Below, in pieces: positions 9,779 to 20,438 of a stretch of 64,000 nucleotides of DNA. Origin of the DNA: Alphaproteobacteria bacterium (GTDB taxonomy: Bacteria > Pseudomonadota > Alphaproteobacteria > GCA-2731375); assembly GCA_965225945.1 (NCBI GenBank), contig CBDDBZ010000021.1, forward strand, positions 46,538 through 110,537. The letters are read 5' to 3'. Made by a program: the position numbers and the translations under genes. The stretch's first letter is position 1; every line of letters begins with the position of its first letter. Below the pieces are notes generated by a model, which saw only the letters and a list, made by a program, of their open reading frames with translations, ran no database searches and was not told the DNA's origin.

Positions 9779-12700
9779 ATGATGGCCGATAGCATCGAGA
9801 CCACGGGCATGAACGAGAGCGCGGGCACGACCACGGGCATGGCGGAGAACCTGGCGGCGGTGGACGATTCCGTGCTTGTCGGCGCCGAGGGCCAGGTGAC
9901 GGCGGTCGGCCAGGCGGATCTCGGCGAGACGGTCGAGGTCACGGACGAATCGCAGGAGATCGCGGTCGATCCGGGCGACGACTTCGTGCTCCCCGAAGGC
10001 ATCGCCTCGGGCGACATCCAATATTCACAGTTCGAAGGCAGCCTGGTGATCGTGCTGCCGAGCGGCTCCGAGATCACCTTCACCGATTTCTTCGTGATCG
10101 CCTCTCAGCAGGAAGAGGGGGGCCTGCCCCCGGTGCTGACCCTGGCGGACGGCACGGTGATGGACCCGCCCCTGGTGATCGCCCAGATCGCGGACTTCGA
10201 CCCCAACGCGGTCGAGGCGGCGGCCGGCGGCGGCGGCGGCACTGGCGGCAACGCCTCGTTCTCGCCCTATGCCAGCGGCGACATCGGCCCCGGCGACGCC
10301 GCGCTGGATCTGTTGGGCAACTTGCCGGGCTTCCCCTTCGACCTCGGGAACCTGGAGGAGGAGTTCCTGGACGAGGCCGGCGGTCTGTTCCAGGTGGTGA
10401 CTGCGCTCTCCCAGGTCGTGCCGGTGGGTCTGCCGACGGACCTGCCGTCGAGCGTCACCGGGTTGATCTCCGGCGACTTCGACGGCGGCTTCGAGGATGC
10501 GCTGCCGAACCAGCATCTGGGCGCGGTCGATGCGGCCAACGAGACCAAGACGCAGTTGGTGATCGAGTTCGTGCCCGACGACGACGAGGTCGTCGAGAGC
10601 TTCGCGGTCGAGGGCATCCCGTTGGACGTGCGGATCTTCATCCGCCCGCTCGACGGCGGCGCCGACGTCGAGCTTGCGCACGACGGCTCGGTGACGGTGC
10701 CGGGGAGCTTGCTCAACAACATTTTCCTGATTCCGCCGGAGGACAACGACGCCGACATTCCGCTGTCGTTCAGCGCCGTGGTGGTGGATCCGCAGAATCC
10801 GACCAATCCGGTGACGCTGACGGGCACCTTCACGGTGGTGATCGACGCGGTGGCGGACGTCCCCTCGGTCGGCCCGACCGGGACCGGCGGCGGCTTCGTC
10901 GCGGGCGCGATCCCGAGCGTCGAGGGCGAGGCGGGCGGCACGGTCGCGGTCAACCTCGACGTCGTCTCGAACGATATCGACGGCTCGGAGACGACGGCGG
11001 TTCAGCTGTTCTTCTCCTCGCCCCAGAACTTCACCGCGGCGGACTTCGACGTGATCGCGGTGGGCGCGGAACTGGTGGTGCCGGAGGACGGCTCGCCGCC
11101 GTTCTGGGTGGTGCCGCAAGAGGGCTTCGCGGGCCTGCAAATCGTGGTGCCGGAGTCGGCGACCGAGACCGTCGACGTCTTCGCCTTCGGCGTGGCGACG
11201 GAGACCTTGATCACCGGCGAGGAGCTGACCTTCGACAACAACCAGGCGTCGACCAAGAAGGCGGTGGCCTTCCAGATCGCGCTGGAGGGCGAGCTGATCG
11301 TCAACATCGGCAACCCGACCTTCCTGGAGACGGAGACGGATGATGTTCTGACGATCTCCTTCGCGGACCTCCAGGTGAGCGCGACGCTGGGCGGCGCGGG
11401 CCGCCCGGACCTGGTGGAGAGCGTGACGGCGACGTTCGAGAATCTGCCGGACGGCGCGGTGATCTTGGACGCCTCGGGCAATGTGGTGGCGACGGCCTCG
11501 GGCGGCACGATCAGCGTGACGGCGCCGAGCCTGGACGACTTCAACGCGTTGACGCTGCAACTCCCCGCCGACTTCGCGACGCCGGGCCCGGGTGGTGTCA
11601 TCGATCCGGGCGACATCAGCGGCACGGTGGTGGTGGAGAGCCCGGTCGCGGTGCTGAACCCGCAACCCGGCTCGATCGCCATCGACGTCGCGGTCGAGGG
11701 CGACATCGACGTGACGGCGGCGCCGGAGACGACGGCGGAAGACCAGAACCTGGCGACCATCTCCGACGGCGCCGGCAACAGCGTGACCTTGAACGTGGTG
11801 GTGCTGAACCTGGCGGCGGTGGCGACGGACGCCGACGGCTCGGAGACGGTGCAGACGGCGACGGTAACCTTCAACGACGTGCCGGCGGGGACCGGCGTGC
11901 TGTTCTTCGGCACCGCCGGGGCGACGATCGCGACGGTCGAGCGGAGCGTCAATCCCGACGGCACCGAGGATCTGGTGGTGAGCAACCTCTCGCCGGCCGA
12001 GCTGGCCACGCTGCGGCTCGGCGTGCCGGAGGACTATAGCGGGACGATCACGGGCAACGTGGTCTCGGCCTTCACCGACGAGCAGGGCGAGGATTCCGCG
12101 ACCTTCATGGTCGTGGTGACGCCGACGCCGGTTCTGGTGCTGCCGAGCGAGAATATCGGCGGTTCCGGCCTGGACCAGGAGACCGACCAGCCGATCACGG
12201 TGGATCTGAACCTCTCGGCGGCGATCACGGACGGCGACGGCAGCGAGGTCCTCACCTCGATCACGGTGACCTTCGACCAGTTGCCGGCCGGCACGACGGC
12301 GAGCGGCGGCACGCTGACCGGCCTGGTCTGGAGCGGCACGCAGGCCGAGCTCTCGGCGCTCGCGCTGACCTTCCCGACGGACTATTCCTCCGAAGACGGC
12401 GGCGTGATCAACGGCAGTCTCAGGGTGACCACGGACGAGGGCGGCGACCAGACCGTCGGCTTCACGGTTCCGGTGCTGCCCGAGGAAGACCTCGACGTGG
12501 TCGCGAACGACGTCACCGTGCCGGAGTCGGACACGGGCGTGACGGTCAACCTGAGCCTGTCGGCGACGGTGACCGACCAGGACGGCTCGGAAGTGGTCGA
12601 TAGCGTGACGGTGACCTTCACCGGCCTGCCCGCGGGCTCGTCGGTGAACGGCGGCACGCTGGTGGGTGGTGTCTGGAGCGGCACGGCCGTCGAGCTGGCG

Positions 12701-15700
12701 GCGCTGCAACTGACGCTTCCGGCGAGTTTCACGGGCGACATTACCGGCCTTCTCAACACCGGCCTTCTCAACGCGACCTCGGACGAGGGCGGCAACGAGA
12801 GCGCGCCGTTCACCATCACCGTCGATGCGATGCCCGATGTGATCGCGGTGGACGACGTGACGGTGGACGAGGACGGCTTCGAGACCGCCAACCTCGATGA
12901 CTCGCCGCTACGGCCGGGTGAAGTGGACAGCACGGAGTCGACCACGGGCACGGGCACGATCACGGTCGATTTCGAAGCCGACGTCCCGGCGACGCTGGAC
13001 GGCTCGTTGAGGCTTCTCGACTCGCCCGCTCTCGACGGCCAGTTGACGACGCTGGACGGCGGCTCGGTGAGCTTCACGAGCCCGGATGGCGGTCTGACGC
13101 TGGTCGGCACGGTGCCCGACGGCGAGGGCACGCGCGAGGTGCTGACGATCGCGGTGCAGACGGGGGCCTCGGCGAGCGGCACGGAGGTGACCTACACCTA
13201 CGTGGCGACGCTGAACGAGCCGCTGGAGCATCCCGACCCCGAGGAGGGCGGGAACACCGAGAACACCTTGACCTTGAGCGGCGTCGGCTTCGTGGCGACG
13301 GACTCGGACGGCGACCCGACGCCGGCGGCGAGCTTCGACGTGACGATCGTCGACGACATTCCGCTGGCGGTGAACGACGCGACGACCACGGCGGAGGATA
13401 CCCAGGTCACCTACAACGTGATCACCAACACCGACGGGACCTCGGACGCGTCGGGCGCGGACGCGCCGCTGACGCTGGTCTCGGCGGGTCTATCCAGTGG
13501 TTCGGGCTCCGTGAGCTTCGCCTCGAACGGCGACGTCACCTTCACGCCGGCGAACGGCTTCGAGGGCGACGCGGTGATCGCCTACACGATCGAGGACCAG
13601 GACGGCGACCGGTCCTCGGCGACGCTGACGGTGACGGTCGGCGATGATTCGACCCCGATCGTGACCCTGGACGAGGACGTGACGGTGGACGAGGACGGCT
13701 TGTCGGGCGCCAACCTGGACGGCACGCCGCTTCGGACGGGCGAGGTGGACAGCACCGAGGACGACACGGCGACGGGGACGATCAAGGTCGACTATCTGAA
13801 CGCGGCGGATGTTCCGGGGACGCCGGACGGCTCCCTGAAGCTTCTCGACTCGGCGGCTCTCGACGGCCAGCTGACGACGCTGGACGGTCTCTCGGTCAGC
13901 TTTGCGCTTGACGGCGACCAGAAGCTCGTCGGCTCGGTGACGGACGGCCAGAATGTCACCCGCGAGGTGTTGACGATCGAGGTTCAGACCGGGGCCTCGG
14001 CGAGCGGCACGGAGGTGACCTACACCTACGTGGCGACGCTGAACGAGCCGCTGGAGCATCCCGACCCCGAGGAGGGCGGGAACACCGAGAACACCTTGAC
14101 CTTGAGCGGCGTCGGTTTCGTGGCGACGGACTCGGACGGCGACCCGACGCCGGCGGCTTCGTTCGACGTGACGATCGTCGACGACATTCCGCTGGCGGTG
14201 GACGACGCGACGACGACGGCGGAGGACACCCAGGTCACCTACAACGTGATCACCAACACCGACGGGACCTCGGACGCGTCGGGCGCGGACGCGCCGCTGA
14301 CGCTGGTCTCGGCGGGTCTGTCCAGTGGTTCGGGCTCCGTGAGCTTCGCCTCGAACGGCGACGTCACCTTCACGCCGGCGAACGGCTTCGAGGGCGACGC
14401 GGTGATCGCCTACACGATCGAGGACCAGGACGGCGACCGGTCCTCGGCGACGCTGACGGTGACGGTCGGCGATGATTCGACCCCGATCGTGACCCTGGAC
14501 GAGGACGTGACGGTGGACGAGGACGGCTTGTCGGGCGCCAACCTGGACGGCACGCCGCTTCGGACGGGCGAGGTGGACAGCACCGAGGACGACACGGCGA
14601 CGGGGACGATCAAGGTCGACTATCTGAACGCGGCGGATGTTCCGGGGACGCCGGACGGCTCCCTGAAGCTTCTCGACTCGGCGGCTCTCGACGGCCAGCT
14701 GACGACGCTGGACGGTCTCTCGGTCAGCTTTGCGCTTGACGGCGACCAGAAGCTCGTCGGCTCGGTGACGGACGGCCAGAATGTCACCCGCGAGGTGTTG
14801 ACGATCGAGGTTCAGACCGGGGCCTCGGCGAGCGGCACGGAGGTGACCTACACCTACGTGGCGACGCTGAACGAGCCGCTGGAGCATCCCGACCCCGAGG
14901 AGGGCGGGAACACCGAGAACACCTTGACCTTGAGCGGCGTCGGTTTCGTGGCGACGGACTCGGACGGCGACCCGACGCCGGCGGCGAGCTTCGACGTGAC
15001 GATCGTCGACGACATTCCGCTGGCGGTGGACGACGCGACGACGACGGCGGAGGACACCCAGGTCACCTACAACGTGATCACCAACACCGACGGGACCTCG
15101 GACGCGTCGGGCGCGGACGCGCCGCTGACGCTGGTCTCGGCGGGTCTGTCCAGTGGTTCGGGCTCCGTGAGCTTCGCCTCGAACGGCGCCATCACCTTCA
15201 CGCCGGCCAACGGCTTCGAGGGCCCGGCGGTGATCGACTACACGATTCAAGACCAGGACGGCGACCAGTCCTCGGCGAGCTTGACGGTGACGGTGGGCGA
15301 TGATTCGACCCCGGTGGTGACCCAGGACGACGACGTGACGGTCGACGAGGACGGCTTCCAGTCCGCCAACCTCGACGGCACACCGACGCTGCGGCCGGGT
15401 GAAGTGGACAGCACGGAGCTGACCGCGGCGACGGGGACGATCAAGGTCGACTACCAGAACGCGGCGGATGTCCCGGGGACCTTGGACGGCTCCCTCAGGC
15501 TTCTCGACTCGGTCGCTCTCGACGGCCAGTTGACGACGCTGGACGGCGGCTCGGTGAGCTTCACGAGCCCGGATGGCGGTCTGACGCTGGTCGGCACGGT
15601 GCCCGACGGCGAGGGCACGCGCGAGGTGCTGACGATCGCGGTGCAGACGGGGGCCTCGGCGAGCGGCACGGAGGTGACCTACACCTACGTGGCGACGCTG

Positions 15701-17308
15701 AACGAGCCGCTGGAGCATCCCGACCCGGCGGAGGGCGGCGATACGGAGAACACTCTGACCTTGAGCGGCGTCGGCTTCGTGGCGACGGACTCGGACGGCG
15801 ACCCGACGCCGGCGGCGAGCTTCGACGTGACGATCGTCGACGACATTCCGTCGATCGATTCCGCCATCGACGGCATCTTGGCGAGCGAATCGGGGAACGC
15901 GCTCAGCGGAACCTACGAAGCCGACTTCGGCGCCGACGGGCTCGACCTGCTGACCGTGGCGCTGGGCAACGCTGTGACCGACTTCGCCTTCACGGAGTTG
16001 GCTCCGGTCGGCGGCGTGACCCAGGTCAACGTGACGCCGACGGCGGGCGACGACTTCACCTTCTACTACACCAAGACGGATGGTGGGGTCGGCACGCCGG
16101 CGCTGCTCGAGGCCTACGGCGATCTCGCCCTCTCCGAAGTCAATCGGTTCTTCACCATGGCGGTGAACGACGACGGGACCTATGATTTCGATCTCCACAG
16201 CAACGCGATCGCCACTCGCACGACGACCGATTTCAGCACCGTCGATCCCGGCATCAAGGATCAGCTCCACCTGCCGTCGGGGACCGAGGATCCGCCGGCC
16301 GACGGGATTTTCTCGGTGCTGGTCGACGCGCTGGCGCCGGACAGCAACGGAGTTCTGCAGGACGTCCGGGTCAACACCTCAACGCACGGCATCGGCGCCT
16401 CGAACCAGAACACGGTTCAGGGCGAGGTGGTGACCTTCGACTTCCGGAACGATCAGTCCTTGGTCCGCTTCGACGTCACCAAGTGGCAATCCGGCGCGGC
16501 GGTGCTGACCATCATCGTGACCCTGGCGGACGGCTCCACCCACACCGAGGACGTGCCCGTCACCAAGACCAGCGGCGGTAGCGATCCGACGGTCGAGGTG
16601 GTGTTTGGCACGCTCCCGACGGGCCTGGCCGACGCGGCGGTGGTCGTGGCTCAGGAATTCGACCATATCGACGTCGTGTACAAGACCGGCACCGAGAACA
16701 TCAACTACAACAACCTGGAGTTCGACCAGGAGTTCATCGTCGACGACCTGGCCTTCAACTTCACGCTGGGGGCCACCGACAACGATGGCGACACGGCCAC
16801 GCTCACGGATGCGGTGATGATCGATATCGAGAGCTACGTCGACGCGGGCGACAGCATCGTCGGCAGCGGCGATGGCGAGGCGATCGCCGGTGGCACCGGC
16901 GACGACACGCTCACGGGCCTCGGCGGCGACGACTTCCTGTTCGGCGGCGCCGGCGACGACGAGCTCTCGGGTGGGACCGGCGACGACGTCTTCTTCTCCG
17001 ACGCCGCCGCCCTTGCCGACGGCGACGGGACGGGCCTCACCGATCACGACGTCATCCTCGACTACGAGGCCGGCGACACCATCGATCTCGATGCCCTGTT
17101 CGATTTCCTCGATCCCGATCGCACGACGGATGTGAATACGGATCCGGTCGTGACGGAGGACAATTCGATCGACCGCACAGGCGACAGCACGATTGACACC
17201 CTGATCACGGTCACCGACGAGAGTGGCGGCGCCGTTTCGGACTTCTCGATCGTGCTGAACGACTTCACCGGTACCGTCGACATAGACGAAGGCACCGGCG
17301 GCGTCTGA
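9779..17308 (+). CDS. giant acidic T1SS-secreted RTX adhesin (LapA/BapA-like) with tandem Ig/cadherin-like domains
   Basis: 2509 aa Asp/Thr/Val-rich; N-terminal EAAAGG retention-module-like motif; DxDGSE and DSDGD...VTIVDDIP repeats; C-terminal GGxGDD Ca-binding nonapeptides; no Sec signal. Confidence 0.9.
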   Translation: MMADSIETTGMNESAGTTTGMAENLAAVDDSVLVGAEGQVTAVGQADLGETVEVTDESQEIAVDPGDDFVLPEGIASGDIQYSQFEGSLVIVLPSGSEITFTDFFVIASQQEEGGLPPVLTLADGTVMDPPLVIAQIADFDPNAVEAAAGGGGGTGGNASFSPYASGDIGPGDAALDLLGNLPGFPFDLGNLEEEFLDEAGGLFQVVTALSQVVPVGLPTDLPSSVTGLISGDFDGGFEDALPNQHLGAVDAANETKTQLVIEFVPDDDEVVESFAVEGIPLDVRIFIRPLDGGADVELAHDGSVTVPGSLLNNIFLIPPEDNDADIPLSFSAVVVDPQNPTNPVTLTGTFTVVIDAVADVPSVGPTGTGGGFVAGAIPSVEGEAGGTVAVNLDVVSNDIDGSETTAVQLFFSSPQNFTAADFDVIAVGAELVVPEDGSPPFWVVPQEGFAGLQIVVPESATETVDVFAFGVATETLITGEELTFDNNQASTKKAVAFQIALEGELIVNIGNPTFLETETDDVLTISFADLQVSATLGGAGRPDLVESVTATFENLPDGAVILDASGNVVATASGGTISVTAPSLDDFNALTLQLPADFATPGPGGVIDPGDISGTVVVESPVAVLNPQPGSIAIDVAVEGDIDVTAAPETTAEDQNLATISDGAGNSVTLNVVVLNLAAVATDADGSETVQTATVTFNDVPAGTGVLFFGTAGATIATVERSVNPDGTEDLVVSNLSPAELATLRLGVPEDYSGTITGNVVSAFTDEQGEDSATFMVVVTPTPVLVLPSENIGGSGLDQETDQPITVDLNLSAAITDGDGSEVLTSITVTFDQLPAGTTASGGTLTGLVWSGTQAELSALALTFPTDYSSEDGGVINGSLRVTTDEGGDQTVGFTVPVLPEEDLDVVANDVTVPESDTGVTVNLSLSATVTDQDGSEVVDSVTVTFTGLPAGSSVNGGTLVGGVWSGTAVELAALQLTLPASFTGDITGLLNTGLLNATSDEGGNESAPFTITVDAMPDVIAVDDVTVDEDGFETANLDDSPLRPGEVDSTESTTGTGTITVDFEADVPATLDGSLRLLDSPALDGQLTTLDGGSVSFTSPDGGLTLVGTVPDGEGTREVLTIAVQTGASASGTEVTYTYVATLNEPLEHPDPEEGGNTENTLTLSGVGFVATDSDGDPTPAASFDVTIVDDIPLAVNDATTTAEDTQVTYNVITNTDGTSDASGADAPLTLVSAGLSSGSGSVSFASNGDVTFTPANGFEGDAVIAYTIEDQDGDRSSATLTVTVGDDSTPIVTLDEDVTVDEDGLSGANLDGTPLRTGEVDSTEDDTATGTIKVDYLNAADVPGTPDGSLKLLDSAALDGQLTTLDGLSVSFALDGDQKLVGSVTDGQNVTREVLTIEVQTGASASGTEVTYTYVATLNEPLEHPDPEEGGNTENTLTLSGVGFVATDSDGDPTPAASFDVTIVDDIPLAVDDATTTAEDTQVTYNVITNTDGTSDASGADAPLTLVSAGLSSGSGSVSFASNGDVTFTPANGFEGDAVIAYTIEDQDGDRSSATLTVTVGDDSTPIVTLDEDVTVDEDGLSGANLDGTPLRTGEVDSTEDDTATGTIKVDYLNAADVPGTPDGSLKLLDSAALDGQLTTLDGLSVSFALDGDQKLVGSVTDGQNVTREVLTIEVQTGASASGTEVTYTYVATLNEPLEHPDPEEGGNTENTLTLSGVGFVATDSDGDPTPAASFDVTIVDDIPLAVDDATTTAEDTQVTYNVITNTDGTSDASGADAPLTLVSAGLSSGSGSVSFASNGAITFTPANGFEGPAVIDYTIQDQDGDQSSASLTVTVGDDSTPVVTQDDDVTVDEDGFQSANLDGTPTLRPGEVDSTELTAATGTIKVDYQNAADVPGTLDGSLRLLDSVALDGQLTTLDGGSVSFTSPDGGLTLVGTVPDGEGTREVLTIAVQTGASASGTEVTYTYVATLNEPLEHPDPAEGGDTENTLTLSGVGFVATDSDGDPTPAASFDVTIVDDIPSIDSAIDGILASESGNALSGTYEADFGADGLDLLTVALGNAVTDFAFTELAPVGGVTQVNVTPTAGDDFTFYYTKTDGGVGTPALLEAYGDLALSEVNRFFTMAVNDDGTYDFDLHSNAIATRTTTDFSTVDPGIKDQLHLPSGTEDPPADGIFSVLVDALAPDSNGVLQDVRVNTSTHGIGASNQNTVQGEVVTFDFRNDQSLVRFDVTKWQSGAAVLTIIVTLADGSTHTEDVPVTKTSGGSDPTVEVVFGTLPTGLADAAVVVAQEFDHIDVVYKTGTENINYNNLEFDQEFIVDDLAFNFTLGATDNDGDTATLTDAVMIDIESYVDAGDSIVGSGDGEAIAGGTGDDTLTGLGGDDFLFGGAGDDELSGGTGDDVFFSDAAALADGDGTGLTDHDVILDYEAGDTIDLDALFDFLDPDRTTDVNTDPVVTEDNSIDRTGDSTIDTLITVTDESGGAVSDFSIVLNDFTGTVDIDEGTGGV
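12845..15850 (+). repeat. near-identical about 828-bp (276 aa) internal repeats of the adhesin, about 3.6 copies
   Basis: GAGCGGCACGGAGGTGACCTACACCTACGTGGCG recurs near 13174, 14002, 14830 and 15661. Confidence 0.92.
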
Positions 17309-17328
17309 TCGCGAGCCGACCAACGACC

Positions 17329-17354
17329 GGCCGGTCCCCGCGCGGGGACCGGCC
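17329..17354. terminator. perfect 26-bp palindrome after the adhesin, possible terminator
   Basis: GGCCGGTCCCCGC-GCGGGGACCGGCC; no U-tract. Confidence 0.5.
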
Positions 17355-17421
17355 CCATCGCCCGGCGGAACTCATCCTTGCTCGGATCGCCTGGCCGCGC
17401 GCGGGGCGCCCCGTTGCCGGT

Positions 17422-17949
17422 TCAATCTCGTCTGATCGCCTGAAGTTTGATCAGCATCGAGAGCATGCGTTCCAGCTTCCGATCCAGGGAAACCTCGTAA
17501 CGCGCCAGCCGCTCCAATCGAGCGGGATCGAAGGCGTTTCCGAAAGCGTAGCGCCGGATGAGATCTCGGTGCTCGAGCAGCACCTTGCGCTTTGTCAGTT
17601 CCGCGATCAGGTCCCGGCTCAGCCAGGTCGCGAACTCGGAGGCGCGGCGCGCGTCCTCGCCCTGTCGCGCCGACCGGCCGACGTCTTCCCCATCGCCGTC
17701 GAAGCGCTCCGCGTGCCGCCGCCAGGCTTCTCGGGCATCGTCGTCCAGGATTGCGACAGCTTCGCCATAGGTCGCCTCGCGCTCGCCGAGGAACCGTTGG
17801 GCGTCGAGCGCGCTCGAGTCGCTCGCCCGTCCTGGCCAAGTCGGCCCGAACGCCATCCCCGTCCATGCGCATGACCTCGCGAACGCTACGCGCCGCGATC
17901 TCCCGCGCCCGCTGGCGACCGCGAGCCTCGAGGCCGTCGCCTCGGCCAT
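17422..17949 (-). pseudogene. truncated paralog of the 19542-20438 phage/island-type protein
   Basis: C-terminus AFDPARLERLARYEVSLDRKLERMLSMLIKLQAIR aligns by eye with AVHPKHVEAFDRYEGSLWNGIERTLSMLTKLQQIR; the N-terminal half is missing. Confidence 0.55.
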
Positions 17950-17978
17950 CTAGCCGGATTTGCAGTTTTTACGAATAC

Positions 17979-18128
17979 ATGGAAATGCGCCGCCGGCCCG
18001 CGCTCGCCGGCATCGCGGCCATCATCGAGAGCGTGGATGAAAAAGCGCGACTGGTCGTGCTTCTGGACATCATGGGCCGCAAGGTGCGCACCCGAGTCGG
18101 GCGGGCGCAGGTCTCTCGCGACCTCTGA
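17979..18128 (+). pseudogene. NusG/RfaH-like KOW domain fragment
   Basis: LAGIAAIIESVDEKARLVVLLDIMGRKVRTRVGRAQV matches the RfaH/NusG C-terminal pattern; no NGN domain. Confidence 0.55.
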
Positions 18129-18561
18129 ACGTCGATTCGGCTGTCCACCAATCATCATGCCGCCGAGGGGTCTCTGGCTCCCGCCGAAAGACGGTCCCGC
18201 CAAAGCCGCGAAGCCGTTTCCTCGGCGTCGATCCGTCGGCGCTTCCACCACGCGCGTTCGTCGCCCGCATCATGCACGTCGCGGTGAGCCGAATCATCGC
18301 CGATTTTTCCGCTGGGGACGTGGTCGGCAACGTCCTGACGATTGCCATAAGCGCGTGACCCCGCATGACGCACGGCAGCAGACTCGTTTCGTTTTCATGG
18401 GATTTGAATCCCCGATTTCAGATAATATTACCATGAAATCACGTTATCATAGATATTGTTGTTCAAATTGTCAATATGATTCATAGGATTTCGCAAAATA
18501 ACTTGAGGCAGGTGGATTAAGTGATTTCAGGGACAGGCCAAATTGGTGGCGCTTCTGGGTA

Positions 18562-19281
18562 TCAGAGGGCGTGGCCACGCCAGAGCACGAGGCCGATGAT
18601 GTCGAGTGTCGAAAGGGGGGTGTTGGGAATGGGGGGATATTTGGGATTGTCGGCGATGATTGTGGTGGCGTCGCCCTGGGGGCCGAGTTGAAGGCGCCGG
18701 ATGGAGATGTCGCCGGGTCGGTGGAGGACGTAGAGACCGTCGCGGCGGGGACGCGTCACGGCCAGATCGATCAGGAGAAGGTCGCCGGCGTTCAGCGTGG
18801 GGGCCATGGTGTCGTCGTGGACGGTCAGCACGGCGGGGTCGCCGACGTCGAGCGAATTTATCACCGCGTAGGGCAGGCGGAGGGTTCCCTTGAACCAATG
18901 TTCCCGGGGCTGGTCGGCCTCGACGGCCTTGAGGTCGAGAACCGGGATTTTGCGGGCGCCATCAGCGGCTTTCCTAAAAAATCTGGGCGCAGTTTCGCGA
19001 GCGGGTGGTCGAGAGGCCATAACGGACGTGACGCCCCAGCGTTCTCGATTCTGTTGATCGATGATCAGGTCGAGATCGGCGGGAGGATTGAGGATCTCAT
19101 CGACGGAACAGCCCAAAACCTGGGCGATGCGATGGAGCGTTTGGCGACGGGGCTGTTGCGAGCGGCCGGAGAGGATGTCGCGCACCGCCGTGGCGCCGAG
19201 ACCCGCGGCGAGTGAGACGGCACGGGGGTTGAAGCCAGCGGCGGTGATCCGCAGGTCCAGGGCGTCACGCCAGTCGATCAT
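18562..19281 (-). CDS. phage CI/LexA-like repressor (HTH + S24 peptidase-like domain)
   Basis: N-terminal HTH (AVSLAAGLGATAVRDILSGRSQQP...IAQVLGCSV); C-terminal VHDDTMAPTLNAGDLLLID...DGLYVL...IIADNPKY. Confidence 0.85.
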   Translation of the reverse strand: MIDWRDALDLRITAAGFNPRAVSLAAGLGATAVRDILSGRSQQPRRQTLHRIAQVLGCSVDEILNPPADLDLIIDQQNRERWGVTSVMASRPPARETAPRFFRKAADGARKIPVLDLKAVEADQPREHWFKGTLRLPYAVINSLDVGDPAVLTVHDDTMAPTLNAGDLLLIDLAVTRPRRDGLYVLHRPGDISIRRLQLGPQGDATTIIADNPKYPPIPNTPLSTLDIIGLVLWRGHAL

Positions 19282-19541
19282 GGGCGACCGGAAGAGGGGT
19301 TGGCCGAATCATGACCCATAGTATCGAACAAATCGGTGGATGGGCGACCGGAGACATGCTGTGCCCATGATTCGATCTGCACAACTCAAGGTAATGTGTC
19401 AAGGTCATTTTTGCGCAGCATGCTGTTGAAATGGCGTCGTCGTAGTGATGGTATTTTCCACAGGAAGGACCCTTGGTTGCGCCTCGCCGTAGTCGGCGGC
19501 TGCTACGGTGGAGGCGCGACCTCAGCGATTGAGGTACTTCC

Positions 19542-20438
19542 ATGAAAGAGAAAGCCGCCAAACCCAAAACCGCGCAGCCTGTCGACGCATCAGCCCCCAG
19601 CGCGGGAGCCGGCGCCCGAGATGAAGGTCGATCACGCCTCAATGCGACACGGCATGGAATCCTGAGTCGTGCCAGGGTTATGCCCTGGGAGGACGCGGCG
19701 GAATACGATCGCCTCCTCGATATCCTGCACGAGGAATATCAGCCCGTAGGGTTTACGGAAGAGAAGCTGGTCGAGGACTTGGCGGACATATATTGGCGAA
19801 AACAGCGGCTTCGTGTCGCCGAGGGTGCCGAACTTCAGACCCGAATGGCCTCTGTCGTTGCGGGTGTCGATTCGGACATCAGCCGGACGAGAAAGCCCTC
19901 GTCCTTCAGCGCCGACGCGTTGATGCTGGTTTCGGAACACACGGACTTCTCGTCGGAGGAGGCGAGAGAGGTGTTCCGCTTGAGCCATGACGATATCGAA
20001 AGTGAAGTGGCCCGACTCACCGAGTTAATCTCTTCTGCCGGCAACATTGTTACGCTCCTAGAGGCACATAAGATCGACTGCGAGGAAGCGCTCAGGCGCA
20101 TGGAACTCGTTACCGGGAAATCCATGGACCGGTACAAGGAAGATCCGAACCAGGATTCCAGCGAGCCCGAGGCTTCCGCATCGGACAAAGACTTGGCCGC
20201 GTTGAATCTGAGATGGGCTAAGTTCATCGGAAGTAAATTTATGCGCCCGTGGGGGAGGCGGAAATCTCTTTTCGAAAGCCATGAGCTTCTTCGACAACAA
20301 GCCTACGGGTGTGCCGTTCATCCGAAACATGTCGAGGCATTCGACCGGTATGAGGGAAGCCTTTGGAATGGGATTGAGCGCACGCTCTCAATGCTGACCA
20401 AACTCCAGCAAATCCGGAAAGATCGGACGAACTCCTAA
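19542..20438 (+). CDS. hypothetical phage/island-associated helical protein
   Basis: RSRLNATRHGILS...EDAAEY...PVGFTEEKLVEDLADIYWRKQRL pattern typical of prophage-region proteins; GAGG RBS; lower GC. Confidence 0.65.
   Translation: MKEKAAKPKTAQPVDASAPSAGAGARDEGRSRLNATRHGILSRARVMPWEDAAEYDRLLDILHEEYQPVGFTEEKLVEDLADIYWRKQRLRVAEGAELQTRMASVVAGVDSDISRTRKPSSFSADALMLVSEHTDFSSEEAREVFRLSHDDIESEVARLTELISSAGNIVTLLEAHKIDCEEALRRMELVTGKSMDRYKEDPNQDSSEPEASASDKDLAALNLRWAKFIGSKFMRPWGRRKSLFESHELLRQQAYGCAVHPKHVEAFDRYEGSLWNGIERTLSMLTKLQQIRKDRTNS

Noticed and set aside
12845-15850. Diversity-generating retroelement template/variable repeats
   Set aside because: No reverse transcriptase is present, and differences between repeats are block-wise rather than adenine-specific.
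10025-16270. 894-aa and 926-aa minus-strand ORFs
   Set aside because: Antisense shadows of the adhesin caused by GC-rich codon bias.
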